A DNA stretch of 64,000 bases from Candidatus Helarchaeota archaeon (GTDB lineage Archaea; Asgardarchaeota; Lokiarchaeia; Helarchaeales; RDOG01), in NCBI GenBank assembly GCA_029838215.1, contig JALGVI010000012.1, forward strand, positions 30,357 to 94,356. The letters run 5' to 3'. Both the position numbers and the translations under genes were made by a program. Below are positions 19,194-28,986 of this stretch, one piece after another. The notes beneath the pieces were generated by a model. The model worked only from the letters and a program-made list of their open reading frames with translations, ran no database searches and was not told where the DNA came from. Position 1 is the stretch's first letter. Each line of letters begins with the position of its first letter.

Positions 19194-20624
19194 ATGAACG
19201 ATTTAAAGGATAGGTCTTTCATGGACAAGCAAAAACTTCTTGACGATTTAACAGGGATAGTTGGAAAAAGTAATGTATCGATTGATGAAGCCGTTCTCTT
19301 TCTTTACTCATCAGATGTAGCATTTGAATCGGATATTTTCCCCGACATTGTTGTTCGTCCGTCGACTACGGAGGAAGTCTCCCAGATCGTGCGTTACGCA
19401 AATGATAACAAGATTCCCATCACGCCAAGAGGTGCGGGAAGCGGTGCGTCAGGTAGTGCCGTTGCAGTAAAGGGCGGCATCCTTCTCGATCTCACGCGCA
19501 TGAATAAAATTCTTGAATTGGACACGGATAATTTCATGGTCGCGGTTCAGCCAGGCGTTGTATTAGTAAACTTGAATGAATATCTCAAGCCACATGGATT
19601 GTTTCTACCCGTTGATTTGGGTAGCGCCTCAATGGCAAATATAGGTGGAACCATTGCTAATAATGGTGGAGGGTTGCGAGCCGTAAAATATGGCGTGATG
19701 AGAAATTACGTCATGGGATTGGAAGTCGTCTTACCATCAGGGGAAATCTTGGAAACAGGCGGAAAAACGCGTAAAAATGTCGTGGGTTATGATATAGTGA
19801 GCTTATTTACAGGCTCTGAAGGCACGCTCGGTATCATTACAAAAGCAATCTTGAAGATTATTGCAATTCCAAAACACGTTGGAGTCGTTTTTGCAGTTTA
19901 TGATGACTTGTATAAAGCAGGAAAAACCGTTCCGGCAATATTTAAATCTGGAATCTTGCCCAGTGCAATAGAAATCTTGGATCAAACCGCAATTTTAGCA
20001 ATAAATAAATATAGACCCGATGTTAACTTGCCACAATCTGCAGAAGCAATCCTATTGTTTGAAATCGATGGACCGATTCCCATTGAACGTGAAATCACCA
20101 TTATTGAAGAGACGTGCAGAGAACAAGGTGCAATAGAAGTGAAAAAAACTACTGATGAAGCAGAGCGAACACGCTTGTGGGAAGCACGAAAATTGGTCGG
20201 TGCCGCATCTACTCGAGTGCGGGAGGGATATTCACGCGTGTATGAAGGAGAAGATATCACGGTAACACCAATGGACATTCCCGATGTTCTCCTAGAATTA
20301 AGAGCACTCTCAAAGAGGTACGACTTGCCAATTGTCGTATTCGGTCATATTGGAGATGGTAATTTACATCCTGCTATAACGGTCCGAAAAAAAAATCCGC
20401 AGGACCTCCTAAAGCTTAAACAGTTAGTTGATGAAATTCATGAATTGGCACTCAGCAAAGGCGGAGTAGTTACAGGCGAGCACGGTATCGGCGTGCAGCG
20501 TGCCAAGTATTTAAAGAATAATCCGCTCAATTTACATGTCATGCGATTAATCAAAAAAGTATTAGATCCAAATAACATCATGAACCCGGGAAAAATGGAT
20601 TTAGACCCAATTTACGAAGCGTAG
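19194..20624 (+). CDS. glcD: FAD-linked oxidase, GlcD/D-lactate dehydrogenase family
   Basis: PRGAGSG, VQPG, FGHIGDGNLH, TGEHGIG, NIMNPGK. Confidence 0.93.
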   Translation: MNDLKDRSFMDKQKLLDDLTGIVGKSNVSIDEAVLFLYSSDVAFESDIFPDIVVRPSTTEEVSQIVRYANDNKIPITPRGAGSGASGSAVAVKGGILLDLTRMNKILELDTDNFMVAVQPGVVLVNLNEYLKPHGLFLPVDLGSASMANIGGTIANNGGGLRAVKYGVMRNYVMGLEVVLPSGEILETGGKTRKNVVGYDIVSLFTGSEGTLGIITKAILKIIAIPKHVGVVFAVYDDLYKAGKTVPAIFKSGILPSAIEILDQTAILAINKYRPDVNLPQSAEAILLFEIDGPIPIEREITIIEETCREQGAIEVKKTTDEAERTRLWEARKLVGAASTRVREGYSRVYEGEDITVTPMDIPDVLLELRALSKRYDLPIVVFGHIGDGNLHPAITVRKKNPQDLLKLKQLVDEIHELALSKGGVVTGEHGIGVQRAKYLKNNPLNLHVMRLIKKVLDPNNIMNPGKMDLDPIYEA

Positions 20625-20633
20625 ATGAGGACA

Positions 20634-21821
20634 ATGGAAAAATTAAAAGATTTAGAACAAGAAATGCTGAAATGCGTGCGTTGTGGTAAGTGCCGCGACA
20701 CTTGTAGAACATTACTTGAAACAGATGAAGAAGGAGATTTAGTTCCAACGTGGGAGTCAAGAAGCTCTCGAGGACGAGTCCGCATGGCTTTGGGCTTGGT
20801 TCAAGAAAAAATACCATCAACGCCTCGATTGATTCAAGATTTTTATAATTGTCTATTATGCAATCGATGCGTGTCTACTTGTCCAAGTGGTGTTGACGTT
20901 CCGAAAATCATTGAAGGCGTCCGTGGATTCATCGTAGGTGAAGATCTTGCGCCTCCCAATGTAAAAGCACTCCTTCAAGCACTTGATGAGACACGTAACA
21001 TATTCGAAATGGATCAAGATGAGCGGCTCATCTGGACGGAAATGGAAGCAGAAGAAATAATGGAAGACAAGGTTTTGAAGGAGGCAGACCTATGCTTTTT
21101 TGTGGGTTGTCAGGCATCTTTCAAAGGATCTCTTGCAGGCATCCCTGAAGCGATTGCCTTGATCTTGGATTCCCTTAACATCAATTTTACCGTTCTTGGC
21201 GAAGAAGAATGGTGTTGCGGTAATCCATATTTCCTTCTCGGACTTGAGAATGAAAAGGCCAAGGAACTGGTATCACACAACATAGAAAAAATGCAGGAAC
21301 TCAAGGTAAAGCAAATCTTAACCACCTGTCCGGGATGCTTTCGCGTGTGGACAAAAATCTATCCAAAAATTTGGGGCCAACCATTACCCTTCGAGATCAT
21401 CCACTCCACCCAATTCTTCTCGGAATTGATTGACAAAAATCACATCAACATTCCTAAAAAACTCCAGCAAATCGTTGGATATCAAGATCCTTGCGAGTTA
21501 GGACGTCATTGTGGGATATATGAAGAACCCAGAAAGATATTGAACCATCTTGCAGGCTCAAATTTTAAGGAACTCCCATTAAATAGAGACGACTCCAACT
21601 GTTGTGGTGGTGGCGGATTAGCCAAAGCCGTAGCTGAGAAGATGACATTAGAGATTGCTAGATTCAAATTACATGAGTTCCTCGATATTGGAAGCAATTT
21701 GTTAGTTACTGCTTGTCCTGCTTGCTATGAAAATTTGATGAGAGGATTGGACCAGAGCGAAGAAAAAATTGAAATTAAAGACGTGAATCAACTGCTGGCA
21801 GAATTACTCGATCTCTCATGA
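20634..21821 (+). CDS. Fe-S protein with 2x[4Fe-4S] and two CCG domains (GlcF/HdrD-like)
   Basis: CVRCGKC, CLLCNRCVSTCP, WCCGNP, TCPGC, CCGGGG, ACPAC; GAGGA SD before ATG 20634. Confidence 0.9.
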   Translation: MEKLKDLEQEMLKCVRCGKCRDTCRTLLETDEEGDLVPTWESRSSRGRVRMALGLVQEKIPSTPRLIQDFYNCLLCNRCVSTCPSGVDVPKIIEGVRGFIVGEDLAPPNVKALLQALDETRNIFEMDQDERLIWTEMEAEEIMEDKVLKEADLCFFVGCQASFKGSLAGIPEAIALILDSLNINFTVLGEEEWCCGNPYFLLGLENEKAKELVSHNIEKMQELKVKQILTTCPGCFRVWTKIYPKIWGQPLPFEIIHSTQFFSELIDKNHINIPKKLQQIVGYQDPCELGRHCGIYEEPRKILNHLAGSNFKELPLNRDDSNCCGGGGLAKAVAEKMTLEIARFKLHEFLDIGSNLLVTACPACYENLMRGLDQSEEKIEIKDVNQLLAELLDLS

Positions 21822-22477
21822 AAACGTTTTGCTCCTCTCAGGACTTCTTTTATTGCACCGCTCTCGCCTTTTTCTAATAATTTTTTCTTTCTTTTTATGT
21901 CACCGACGGCGTTAAAATATAAGGCAAAGAAAACACCAACCAAAAATAGTGATATATCAACGATCCAATAAATCAAGTCTATCGGAATTGCCGGCTGTAG
22001 CAAATACCGAAGAAATAACTGTTCCAGATAAAAATTGATGAAGGCGATATTACTAAGCTCACCACTGAATTGAGGAAATATCGGATAACACAAATATACC
22101 GTGTGAAAGATGGAGAACAATGTCCCAGCCAAATGAATAAGTGGTAAGGTAGCTAAAATATATTGTTGCCGATCTTCTTTAAGTGCAATTATGATAATGA
22201 AAATGACAATGCAAATCACGCCAATGATTAACAGGTTATGGCTGTATTTCATTGCATCCGAAATGATGAGATTCCCCTCAACGAAGATCATCGTTGAATC
22301 AAAATCAACGAGAAAGTATGGAATGAAACGAAGATAGTTTAAAATGTCCAAGGAGAACAGAAGCAAAGATAATAGTATGAAATCCGGAAGAAATATGAGA
22401 ATAAAAATCAAAATAAGGCTCAATTTTTGAAATTTTGCTTTCAGGACAACTGCAAGACCTATCAAGGCGAAAAACAT
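21788..22477 (-). CDS. Membrane protein (weak YdjM-like metal hydrolase resemblance)
   Basis: Several TM segments; LPD...SHNL...HL residues. Confidence 0.55.
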   Translation of the reverse strand: MFFALIGLAVVLKAKFQKLSLILIFILIFLPDFILLSLLLFSLDILNYLRFIPYFLVDFDSTMIFVEGNLIISDAMKYSHNLLIIGVICIVIFIIIIALKEDRQQYILATLPLIHLAGTLFSIFHTVYLCYPIFPQFSGELSNIAFINFYLEQLFLRYLLQPAIPIDLIYWIVDISLFLVGVFFALYFNAVGDIKRKKKLLEKGESGAIKEVLRGAKRFHERSSNSASS

Positions 22478-22488
22478 GTCAAATCACT

Positions 22489-22932
22489 TCATTGTTGCAT
22501 GTGTAGATTCATCAAATAATGACCAAAATAAGCAAGAACAACGACGAATGCAGAAAGAAATATTATCAGACCCACTACTTGTGAAACCATGATGACAATC
22601 ACATCCGTTAGCATGGTTGGAGGAATTTCATAATTTAATAAAGTACTCAGCAACATCGTCAGGATGTTCCAAATAAGGAAGCATAGATTAATGACAGTAA
22701 ACGTTAGAAGAGCATGAAAGAATCGGGTTCGATGTGGACTTTCCATCCCGGTACAAACAGTTCGAAACATTAGTGGAATGGCAATGAAGAGAGATAAATA
22801 ATATGGCACGGAAATAATGATCAAAAACGTGAGTAGTTCTATTAACATGAGTTGATCCCAGCTCAGCAGTTTATAAAGTGCGTCGCAAAGCACAAAGACA
22901 AATCGTCTTACAGAATTCAATGATTTTTTCAC
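22489..22932 (-). CDS. Hypothetical 3-4 TM membrane protein
   Basis: Hydrophobic ORF; start uncertain because it overlaps the next gene. Confidence 0.55.
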   Translation of the reverse strand: MKKSLNSVRRFVFVLCDALYKLLSWDQLMLIELLTFLIIISVPYYLSLFIAIPLMFRTVCTGMESPHRTRFFHALLTFTVINLCFLIWNILTMLLSTLLNYEIPPTMLTDVIVIMVSQVVGLIIFLSAFVVVLAYFGHYLMNLHMQQ

Positions 22933-23866
22933 AATTATCTAATATAATTTGAGATGTTGTTTCTGGAGTCTCTTCCTTATCAATCGCCATCTCTACTTTT
23001 CGTTTTTCCTCTTTCGATGGCTCGATCTTGTTCAACACGTCAATTGCTTCTTTTGTCTTATTGAATAAGAAAGATGAAATGGAATCAGAGAGCAACTCGG
23101 ACGTCAATCGAAGAATGGGCAAGGTATCACTGAGTGTTTTAGTAGGTTGGGACTTGATAAAGCTATTTGACATTCGTCCGAGAGTTTCGGCAGCTTCGTT
23201 TATCGTCACGATGAAAAATGCAAAGTCCATGGCATCTTGCGTGTTAATTTTCATCTTCATTAGGATGGAAGGCTGGATCAGACCTTTCCTAAGCTGTCGA
23301 TGAACTCTCAAGTAATAACGATTTATATTATCTCTTGAGGAAAGCACGGCTTGTGCAACGGATTTATCATTATTTTCAACGGCATAAATGAAATTATTCA
23401 TGAGTTCCAAGACATTCCTACTAACCATTTTAATCAATTCGTTCAGTGATGTTTCCTTCAAAGCCATGATGTCTTTGATGATAACCACGTTAGGAGTCTT
23501 GGAAAGAATCTCAAACCCGAGAAGATTAGAAACGAGATTTGATATCTTTATGTACTTGTCTTGCGTGAATGGGGTCTTAGTTTCAATTTTTATCACGTCA
23601 TTACCATCAAGAAACTTCGTTTGAATGACGTATGACAACGTTTTCATGTCTTGATATTTGTCAACATCAACCGTTGCCAGCATCTTCGATTCTGTTTCCT
23701 CCATGATGAAAGGCATGATTAGTAGAGAACCATCAGGATTTTCAAATACCTGAACTTCATTTTCTTCATTTAAACCGTGTTTTTTAGTCCAAGCCCGCGG
23801 AAGGCTCATTATTAATGTCTTTGACGATCCCCATTTGACAAGTTTTCGGGTTTCTCCGATTTTCAC
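22871..23866 (-). CDS. phoU: AbrB-PhoU phosphate uptake regulator
   Basis: RKLVKWGSSKTLIMSLPRAW AbrB N-terminus followed by two PhoU helical repeats. Confidence 0.88.
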   Translation of the reverse strand: MKIGETRKLVKWGSSKTLIMSLPRAWTKKHGLNEENEVQVFENPDGSLLIMPFIMEETESKMLATVDVDKYQDMKTLSYVIQTKFLDGNDVIKIETKTPFTQDKYIKISNLVSNLLGFEILSKTPNVVIIKDIMALKETSLNELIKMVSRNVLELMNNFIYAVENNDKSVAQAVLSSRDNINRYYLRVHRQLRKGLIQPSILMKMKINTQDAMDFAFFIVTINEAAETLGRMSNSFIKSQPTKTLSDTLPILRLTSELLSDSISSFLFNKTKEAIDVLNKIEPSKEEKRKVEMAIDKEETPETTSQIILDNCEKIIEFCKTICLCALRRTL

Positions 23867-24106
23867 GTCTCCAACCTCTCGGAACTTCGCAACATATTCG
23901 TTTATTCTTGAATTTTATTTAGTTAGTTCGTTTATAAATTATAATAATTTTGTGACTAGTTTATAAATATACATAAAAATTATCCAAAAAAACAAGCGGA
24001 AAAAAAAACAAGCATTTTTCTTTTTCAAGTTACCGATTGTATCCGTAAAAAAAAGAGGATCCGTGTTGGATTTGGATCCGGAAAGAATAAAAGAGGGATG
24101 AATTTA

Positions 24107-24274
24107 TTAAGAGTAACCGAAAATCTCGGTAAGCAAGCTTGATAATTTCTGATTTAATCCATATACGGAATTTGAATCAATGATGATTTCATCATGATTA
24201 GTCTCGTTTGATAGCTCGAGCCGAGCAAAATATCCTGCTCCATCGCTCCACTTTTTAATCCGCACGTTAAACAT
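24107..24274 (-). CDS. Possible 55-aa small protein, not in the ORF track
   Basis: ATG...TAA ORF MFNVRIKKWSDGAGYFARLELSNETNHDEIIIDSNSVYGLNQKLSSLLTEIFGYS in a 750-bp gap. Confidence 0.35.
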   Translation of the reverse strand: MFNVRIKKWSDGAGYFARLELSNETNHDEIIIDSNSVYGLNQKLSSLLTEIFGYS

Positions 24275-24637
24275 TTAGCTCAATTCTCCAATTTTTATGA
24301 TCGACATCTTGCGATAATTTATCTCTCTTTAATTTTTAAGAGAGTTGAGGAGATCAAGAAATTCATGAAAAATTTCGTAATCCAATTTTCCAGTTTCCGA
24401 CTTATTTTTATTAGAATTCAATAAAATTTGAAGTAATATCGGAGCACTATTGAATGAATTTGTAGGAACGATTAGAAAGAGTTCCGAGCTTTAAAAAAAT
24501 GGCGACGACACGATTCTATTGGTCTTGAGTTTGATTAGAATTATCGGTTCATTACGTGAGAAAAATTTTTTAACCCTTTTCATTTTTTATAGATAAAGTG
24601 AATTTTTGTCAAAACACGGAAATGATTGTTGATATTC

Positions 24638-25093
24638 ATGACGACTGTCTACGATATTCCTGCTGATGCTTTTATTGAAGCCATGGCTAAAGAATTAAAA
24701 GAGAAACATGAGGCAGTTAAGCCTCCAGAATGGTCTGAGTATGTTAAAACGGGAGTTTCAAAAGAAAACATACCTGAGAATCCTGATTGGTGGTATGTTA
24801 GAGGAGCTTCCATCCTGCGTAAGATTTACATTAGACCAAATGTTGGCGTGCAGCATTTGCGGAATGCTTACGGAAGCCGGTATCGCCGCAATAAGATGCC
24901 CGCCCATTTTAGAAAGGGAGCCGGAAAGATCATTCGGAAGCTCCTGATTCAAATGGAAGAAGCTGGTCTTGTAGAAAAGTCAGAAGGTAAGGGTCGCAGA
25001 ATTTCCCGCAATGGGAGATCTGTAATGGACAGGGTGGCACATTCCGTGAAAAAATCTCTCGAAAAAGAAATTCCCGCTCTTCAAAAATATTAA
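24638..25093 (+). CDS. rps19e: 30S ribosomal protein S19e
   Basis: VYDIPA, PPEWSEYVKTG, WWYVRGASILRKIY. Confidence 0.97.
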   Translation: MTTVYDIPADAFIEAMAKELKEKHEAVKPPEWSEYVKTGVSKENIPENPDWWYVRGASILRKIYIRPNVGVQHLRNAYGSRYRRNKMPAHFRKGAGKIIRKLLIQMEEAGLVEKSEGKGRRISRNGRSVMDRVAHSVKKSLEKEIPALQKY

Positions 25094-25108
25094 TGGAGTG
25101 TAATTTCA

Positions 25109-25453
25109 ATGTCAGATGAAGAATTGGAAGAGATTCGACGAAGAAAAATGGCACAGCTCCAAGCTGAGGCTCAACAGCGAGCCGCGGTACAAGAGCAACA
25201 TGAAAAAATAGAAGCCCAGAAGACGGCTCTTCTTCGAACGATCTTGACACCTGAAGCTCGCACCAGATTGAATAGCATTAAAATGGTCAAGCCCCAATTC
25301 GCAGAAGGCATTGAATTGCAGTTGATCCAACTTGCACAATCTGGTCAATTATCTCGAATGGGCATTTCAATTCCCATAACGGACGAGCACCTGAAAATGA
25401 TATTATCAAGAGCTCAGGGGAAAAAACGGGACATGAAGATTCAGCGAATATAG
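25109..25453 (+). CDS. PDCD5/TFAR19-like DNA-binding protein
   Basis: ELEEIRRRKMAQLQ, ILTPEARTRL, KPQFAEGIELQLIQLAQSG. Confidence 0.95.
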   Translation: MSDEELEEIRRRKMAQLQAEAQQRAAVQEQHEKIEAQKTALLRTILTPEARTRLNSIKMVKPQFAEGIELQLIQLAQSGQLSRMGISIPITDEHLKMILSRAQGKKRDMKIQRI

Positions 25454-25462
25454 GTGAAAGAT

Positions 25463-25612
25463 ATGGTAAAAAGCTTGCCAAAAAAGATACGACTTGGAAA
25501 ACGTAACAAGGAAAATAATAGCGTGCCTGCGTGGATCATCGTGCGCACGAAAGGAAAAGTCCGAACGCATCCGAAGAAGCGACGTTGGCGGGCAAGTAGG
25601 TTAAAAGTATAA
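25463..25612 (+). CDS. rpl39e: 50S ribosomal protein L39e (below the ORF-track size cutoff)
   Basis: MVKSLPKKIRLGKRNKENNSVPAWIIVRTKGKVRTHPKKRRWRASRLKV*. Confidence 0.95.
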   Translation: MVKSLPKKIRLGKRNKENNSVPAWIIVRTKGKVRTHPKKRRWRASRLKV

Positions 25613-25617
25613 AAACA

Positions 25618-27087
25618 TCATGTTTTTTTAGGTTTTTTATGTTTTATAGGTTGGACGTGGTCGTGCTTCATCAATTTTGTTAAATTTTTTCCTAAATCCA
25701 TGAGTGCACTGCTCAATCCTTCCTCGTAATCCTTGATATCATCGAGCTTTGAACCGAAATCAGTCAATTCTCGCGTTATACTGGAGTTATAGCCCTTCAA
25801 ATCGGCGATCTCGCTCTTTATTTCCAATTTAAGATTTTCAAAATCGTCTTGTAAAGTCTTCACGGCAACCAGAACATCATTAAAACCATCAATGATCAAT
25901 TGCAAGTCATCCGTGGTGAGGGATCCTTTACTCACGGCAGGCAAAACGGGAAGTTGAAATTTCGAGCCTTTTGCTTTGGGATCACCAGACTTGGCACCGA
26001 CTTTTGCCATACTGGTTCTTCCCATAACAGCATTGATAAAATCAATGGTTTGAATCCACCGATGATCCTTGTGCTTTTCAATTGCCCATTCGATCATGCT
26101 CATGAATAGCTTCTCGTGATAGAACCATTTCAGGACTTTGTTCCTGAACATTTCCCACGACCCAATGCAGATCACTTTTCCCAATCCGACTTCTGCAACA
26201 GCCATCACGCAGGCATTGGTTGGATCAGCGATGGCATCAGCCCAAGCAACAGGCCTTGCATTTCCAGCAATTTCCAAACTGCAAGCAGAACGCAAGCAGA
26301 CTTCTTTCACGCCTTTCACGGCAGGATGATCAGCAAACTTGGATATCATTGGCAGGGTAGGAATTCCATTATTATTTACTTCATCAGTCACCTGATTGTT
26401 TTGGAACGTTATGCCAAATTCACGTGAAAGCGCATTTAGATTGGTACCCCTACCATGATCCCCGCCAGCGTTACTTAATAAAATAAGACTTCCACCATTC
26501 TTCACGTAACGAACGAGATTCTTGATTTCTACGGGATTAAATTTTGAATGATCAGGACAGGCAAATATCACGACATCATAGCGAACCAATCGTGGTTGAA
26601 CCATTACATCATTAAACTCGAAGCATTTGAATGCGTAGTCTTGAAGAAGCCTTGTCAAATCTTGGAATGAGTCTTGGAGTTTTCCCCGTTCATTCAAATT
26701 TCTATCAAATGCGATATAGGCTCTCCAAAGATGTTTTTTCCGGGGACGACTTTCTGACCTGTCTTTCGGGCTAGTAGTACTGCTGGACTCGAGTAACTCG
26801 CCTTTTTCCGTTGAATCTTCCTTCGGCGAAACGATTTCTTCAGATTCATTTGATTCATTTGATTTAATCTCTTTTTCAGGTTCAGGTGTTGCATCTTGAA
26901 TAGCAAGCTGGTCAAAACTGAAACCATCATGTGATGTCTCTGTCGAAACCGTGTTACCAACGGACTCTTTTGCGGCTTCCAATTCTTTTTCAAGTTCTAA
27001 CTTAAGATCTGTGGGTTCTTCAACAGGAAGTAAAAGATTTTCATCCGTGCTTTCTTCTTTTTTTGCTTTCTTTTTCGGTGGTGTCAA
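25618..27087 (-). CDS. GIFT (GldG/IFT52-like) domain protein with acidic N-terminal region and C-terminal coiled coil
   Basis: KFNPVEIKNLVRYVKNGGSLILLSNAGG...TNLNALSREFGITFQNNQV...GKVICIGSWEMF. Confidence 0.7.
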   Translation of the reverse strand: MTPPKKKAKKEESTDENLLLPVEEPTDLKLELEKELEAAKESVGNTVSTETSHDGFSFDQLAIQDATPEPEKEIKSNESNESEEIVSPKEDSTEKGELLESSSTTSPKDRSESRPRKKHLWRAYIAFDRNLNERGKLQDSFQDLTRLLQDYAFKCFEFNDVMVQPRLVRYDVVIFACPDHSKFNPVEIKNLVRYVKNGGSLILLSNAGGDHGRGTNLNALSREFGITFQNNQVTDEVNNNGIPTLPMISKFADHPAVKGVKEVCLRSACSLEIAGNARPVAWADAIADPTNACVMAVAEVGLGKVICIGSWEMFRNKVLKWFYHEKLFMSMIEWAIEKHKDHRWIQTIDFINAVMGRTSMAKVGAKSGDPKAKGSKFQLPVLPAVSKGSLTTDDLQLIIDGFNDVLVAVKTLQDDFENLKLEIKSEIADLKGYNSSITRELTDFGSKLDDIKDYEEGLSSALMDLGKNLTKLMKHDHVQPIKHKKPKKT

Positions 27088-27345
27088 GGATATTTTCTCC
27101 TTCCAGTTTGCAAGTTTTGAGATCTTCTTGCCTTATTTTCCATTTATTATTAAAATACACTGCGGCGTGAAAGTCTTTAAAAAATTCTAAATTGCTGGTT
27201 TTTATATGAAATGAATTTATTTTAATTTCCTACTAAAGTTTTGCCGTTCAAATGAACAATTTTAATAAGCTTAATTGAATTTTATAAATACAATTTCATT
27301 AATGATTTGGGAATTGACGGAAGTCAATTTTTTGAGGTTTCCACG

Positions 27346-27846
27346 GTGAGTACAAAAAAACCGAAAAAGGCAAAAAAAGCAAAAAAAGCGGAGGAAAAGC
27401 CAAAAGTCAAGGAAGAAACACCCGAAGCCATCGAGGATGATGAGGATGAACTCATTACTGATGAGTCTCTTGAAGAATTGCCTGAAGATGAATCTCTCGA
27501 AGATTTAATTCAGCTCGAAGAGAAAAAGGGTGAAGAGCCTGAGCTTGAAGAATTATTAAAAAAGAAGGCTGAAAGGCGGGAAGCGGAACCAATCATTGAA
27601 GAACGGCTTTATACGGTTCCACTGGGTCGAACACGGAATGTGCCTCATTATAAACGGTCAAAAAAAGCCGTGACCATATTACGAGAATTCCTAATGCGCC
27701 ATTTAAAACCCGAAGAACTCGTCATCGCACCAGAACTTAACGAATACATCTGGTCCAGAGGCGTGAAAAATCCACCACGTAAAGTAAAAATTCGGACCAC
27801 GAAAACGGCAGAAGGTCTCGTTACGGCATATCTCATTAAAAGTTGA
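27346..27846 (+). CDS. rpl31e: 50S ribosomal protein L31e with long Lys-rich then acidic N-terminal extension
   Basis: EERLYTVPLG...KRSKKAV...LNEYIWSRG...PPRKVKIR; GTG start with GAGG SD. Confidence 0.95.
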   Translation: MSTKKPKKAKKAKKAEEKPKVKEETPEAIEDDEDELITDESLEELPEDESLEDLIQLEEKKGEEPELEELLKKKAERREAEPIIEERLYTVPLGRTRNVPHYKRSKKAVTILREFLMRHLKPEELVIAPELNEYIWSRGVKNPPRKVKIRTTKTAEGLVTAYLIKS

Positions 27847-27901
27847 TTTCATTCTATATTCTAATTTCTATTCTTTCATTCATGTCAAAACGTGAAAAAT
27901 C

Positions 27902-28654
27902 ATGTTTAGTGCACGTCCTAAAAAAGTTATCACGCTTTTAAAAGATCCACTCATTTTATACATTCCGGAAAATACCATGCTTGATAGTAACGTGTACCTA
28001 ATCGGTCAACAGGGAAATCTCTTGATGATCGATTCTGGTAACGGATTGAGTTACAAAAATATTGTCAAGGCCTTGGATAATGCAGGATATCCTGTAAAAG
28101 ACAATTTAAAAGCAATCTGTCAAACACACCAACACGTAGATCACATATTAGGGCTATATAAGTTTAAGAAAGATTTTCCAGAAATTCAAGTATTTGCATC
28201 TGAAACGGAAGCCATGGTGATTGAGAGCGGGAAACGAGATCTCATCGTTCCTGATATGGGATTCGGAATGTCAAGCATGATTTTTAACATGATGAAATCC
28301 ATCGGACTTGAAATTTTTCCCATCAAGGTGGACCAAAAATTCAAGGATGGAGATATTTTTACGTGGGAACCATTCAAATTTGAAGTTTTAATCACTCCCG
28401 GACACACACCCGGTGGTTTATGTCTTTATGATAAGGAACACAAGGTCTTATTCTCAGGAGATACCGTATTTCCGGGAGGATCAATGGGACGAGTCGATTT
28501 CCCTGGTGGAAGTTCAAGACTAATGCGGGATTCATTAAATAGATTGGCAAATCTTGACGTGGAGATTCTATGCGCTGGACACATGCCTCCCGTTGAAAAG
28601 AACGCACGAGACCAAATTAAAATGTCTGCAGGCATGTCGCAATACATGTTATAG
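27902..28654 (+). CDS. MBL-fold metallo-hydrolase
   Basis: THQHVDH, TPGHTPG, FSGDT, AGH. Confidence 0.92.
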   Translation: MFSARPKKVITLLKDPLILYIPENTMLDSNVYLIGQQGNLLMIDSGNGLSYKNIVKALDNAGYPVKDNLKAICQTHQHVDHILGLYKFKKDFPEIQVFASETEAMVIESGKRDLIVPDMGFGMSSMIFNMMKSIGLEIFPIKVDQKFKDGDIFTWEPFKFEVLITPGHTPGGLCLYDKEHKVLFSGDTVFPGGSMGRVDFPGGSSRLMRDSLNRLANLDVEILCAGHMPPVEKNARDQIKMSAGMSQYML

Positions 28655-28734
28655 AAATGAAAGAAAAAATCGAAGTTATTTTCAAATAAAAAATAGAATT
28701 CTTTGACACCATCAAATGGTGTCATGTGGAACGT

Positions 28735-28986
28735 TTATCCGCCTGCCTGTGTTGCCATTACTGTTATGACATCTTTTTTTGGAAACACGCCAAGACTTGC
28801 AAAACGAACGTTATCTGGAAGAACTTTTCCTTTATGAATGAATTGAATTGTCAAGATCGGATTTAATTTATATGCTTTCCGCACGAGCTTCTTGGCTTCA
28901 GCTACATTTTGATTTACGTCAATGTCTACAGTTTTGACGGCTTGATCAGGAGGCACTCCTGTGAGCCTAAATCGGTACTCAACCAT
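28735..28986 (-). CDS. Ubiquitin-like protein (beta-grasp fold, C-terminal GG)
   Basis: 83 aa; IQFIHKGKVLPDN resembles the ubiquitin LIFAGKQLED region; ends ATQAGG*; GAAGTGA SD. Confidence 0.85.
   Translation of the reverse strand: MVEYRFRLTGVPPDQAVKTVDIDVNQNVAEAKKLVRKAYKLNPILTIQFIHKGKVLPDNVRFASLGVFPKKDVITVMATQAGG

Noticed and set aside
20622-20627. In-frame TAG-ATG between glcD and the Fe-S gene, suggesting amber readthrough to a GlcD-GlcF fusion
   Set aside because: A GAGGA SD precedes ATG 20634, consistent with independent initiation; no pyrrolysine genes are in the window; in-frame adjacency occurs one time in three by chance.
23870-24630. Long AT-rich gap as a structured ncRNA (SRP or RNase P RNA)
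   Set aside because: No GC-rich helices or conserved SRP/RNase P motifs were visible; only a small possible ORF.
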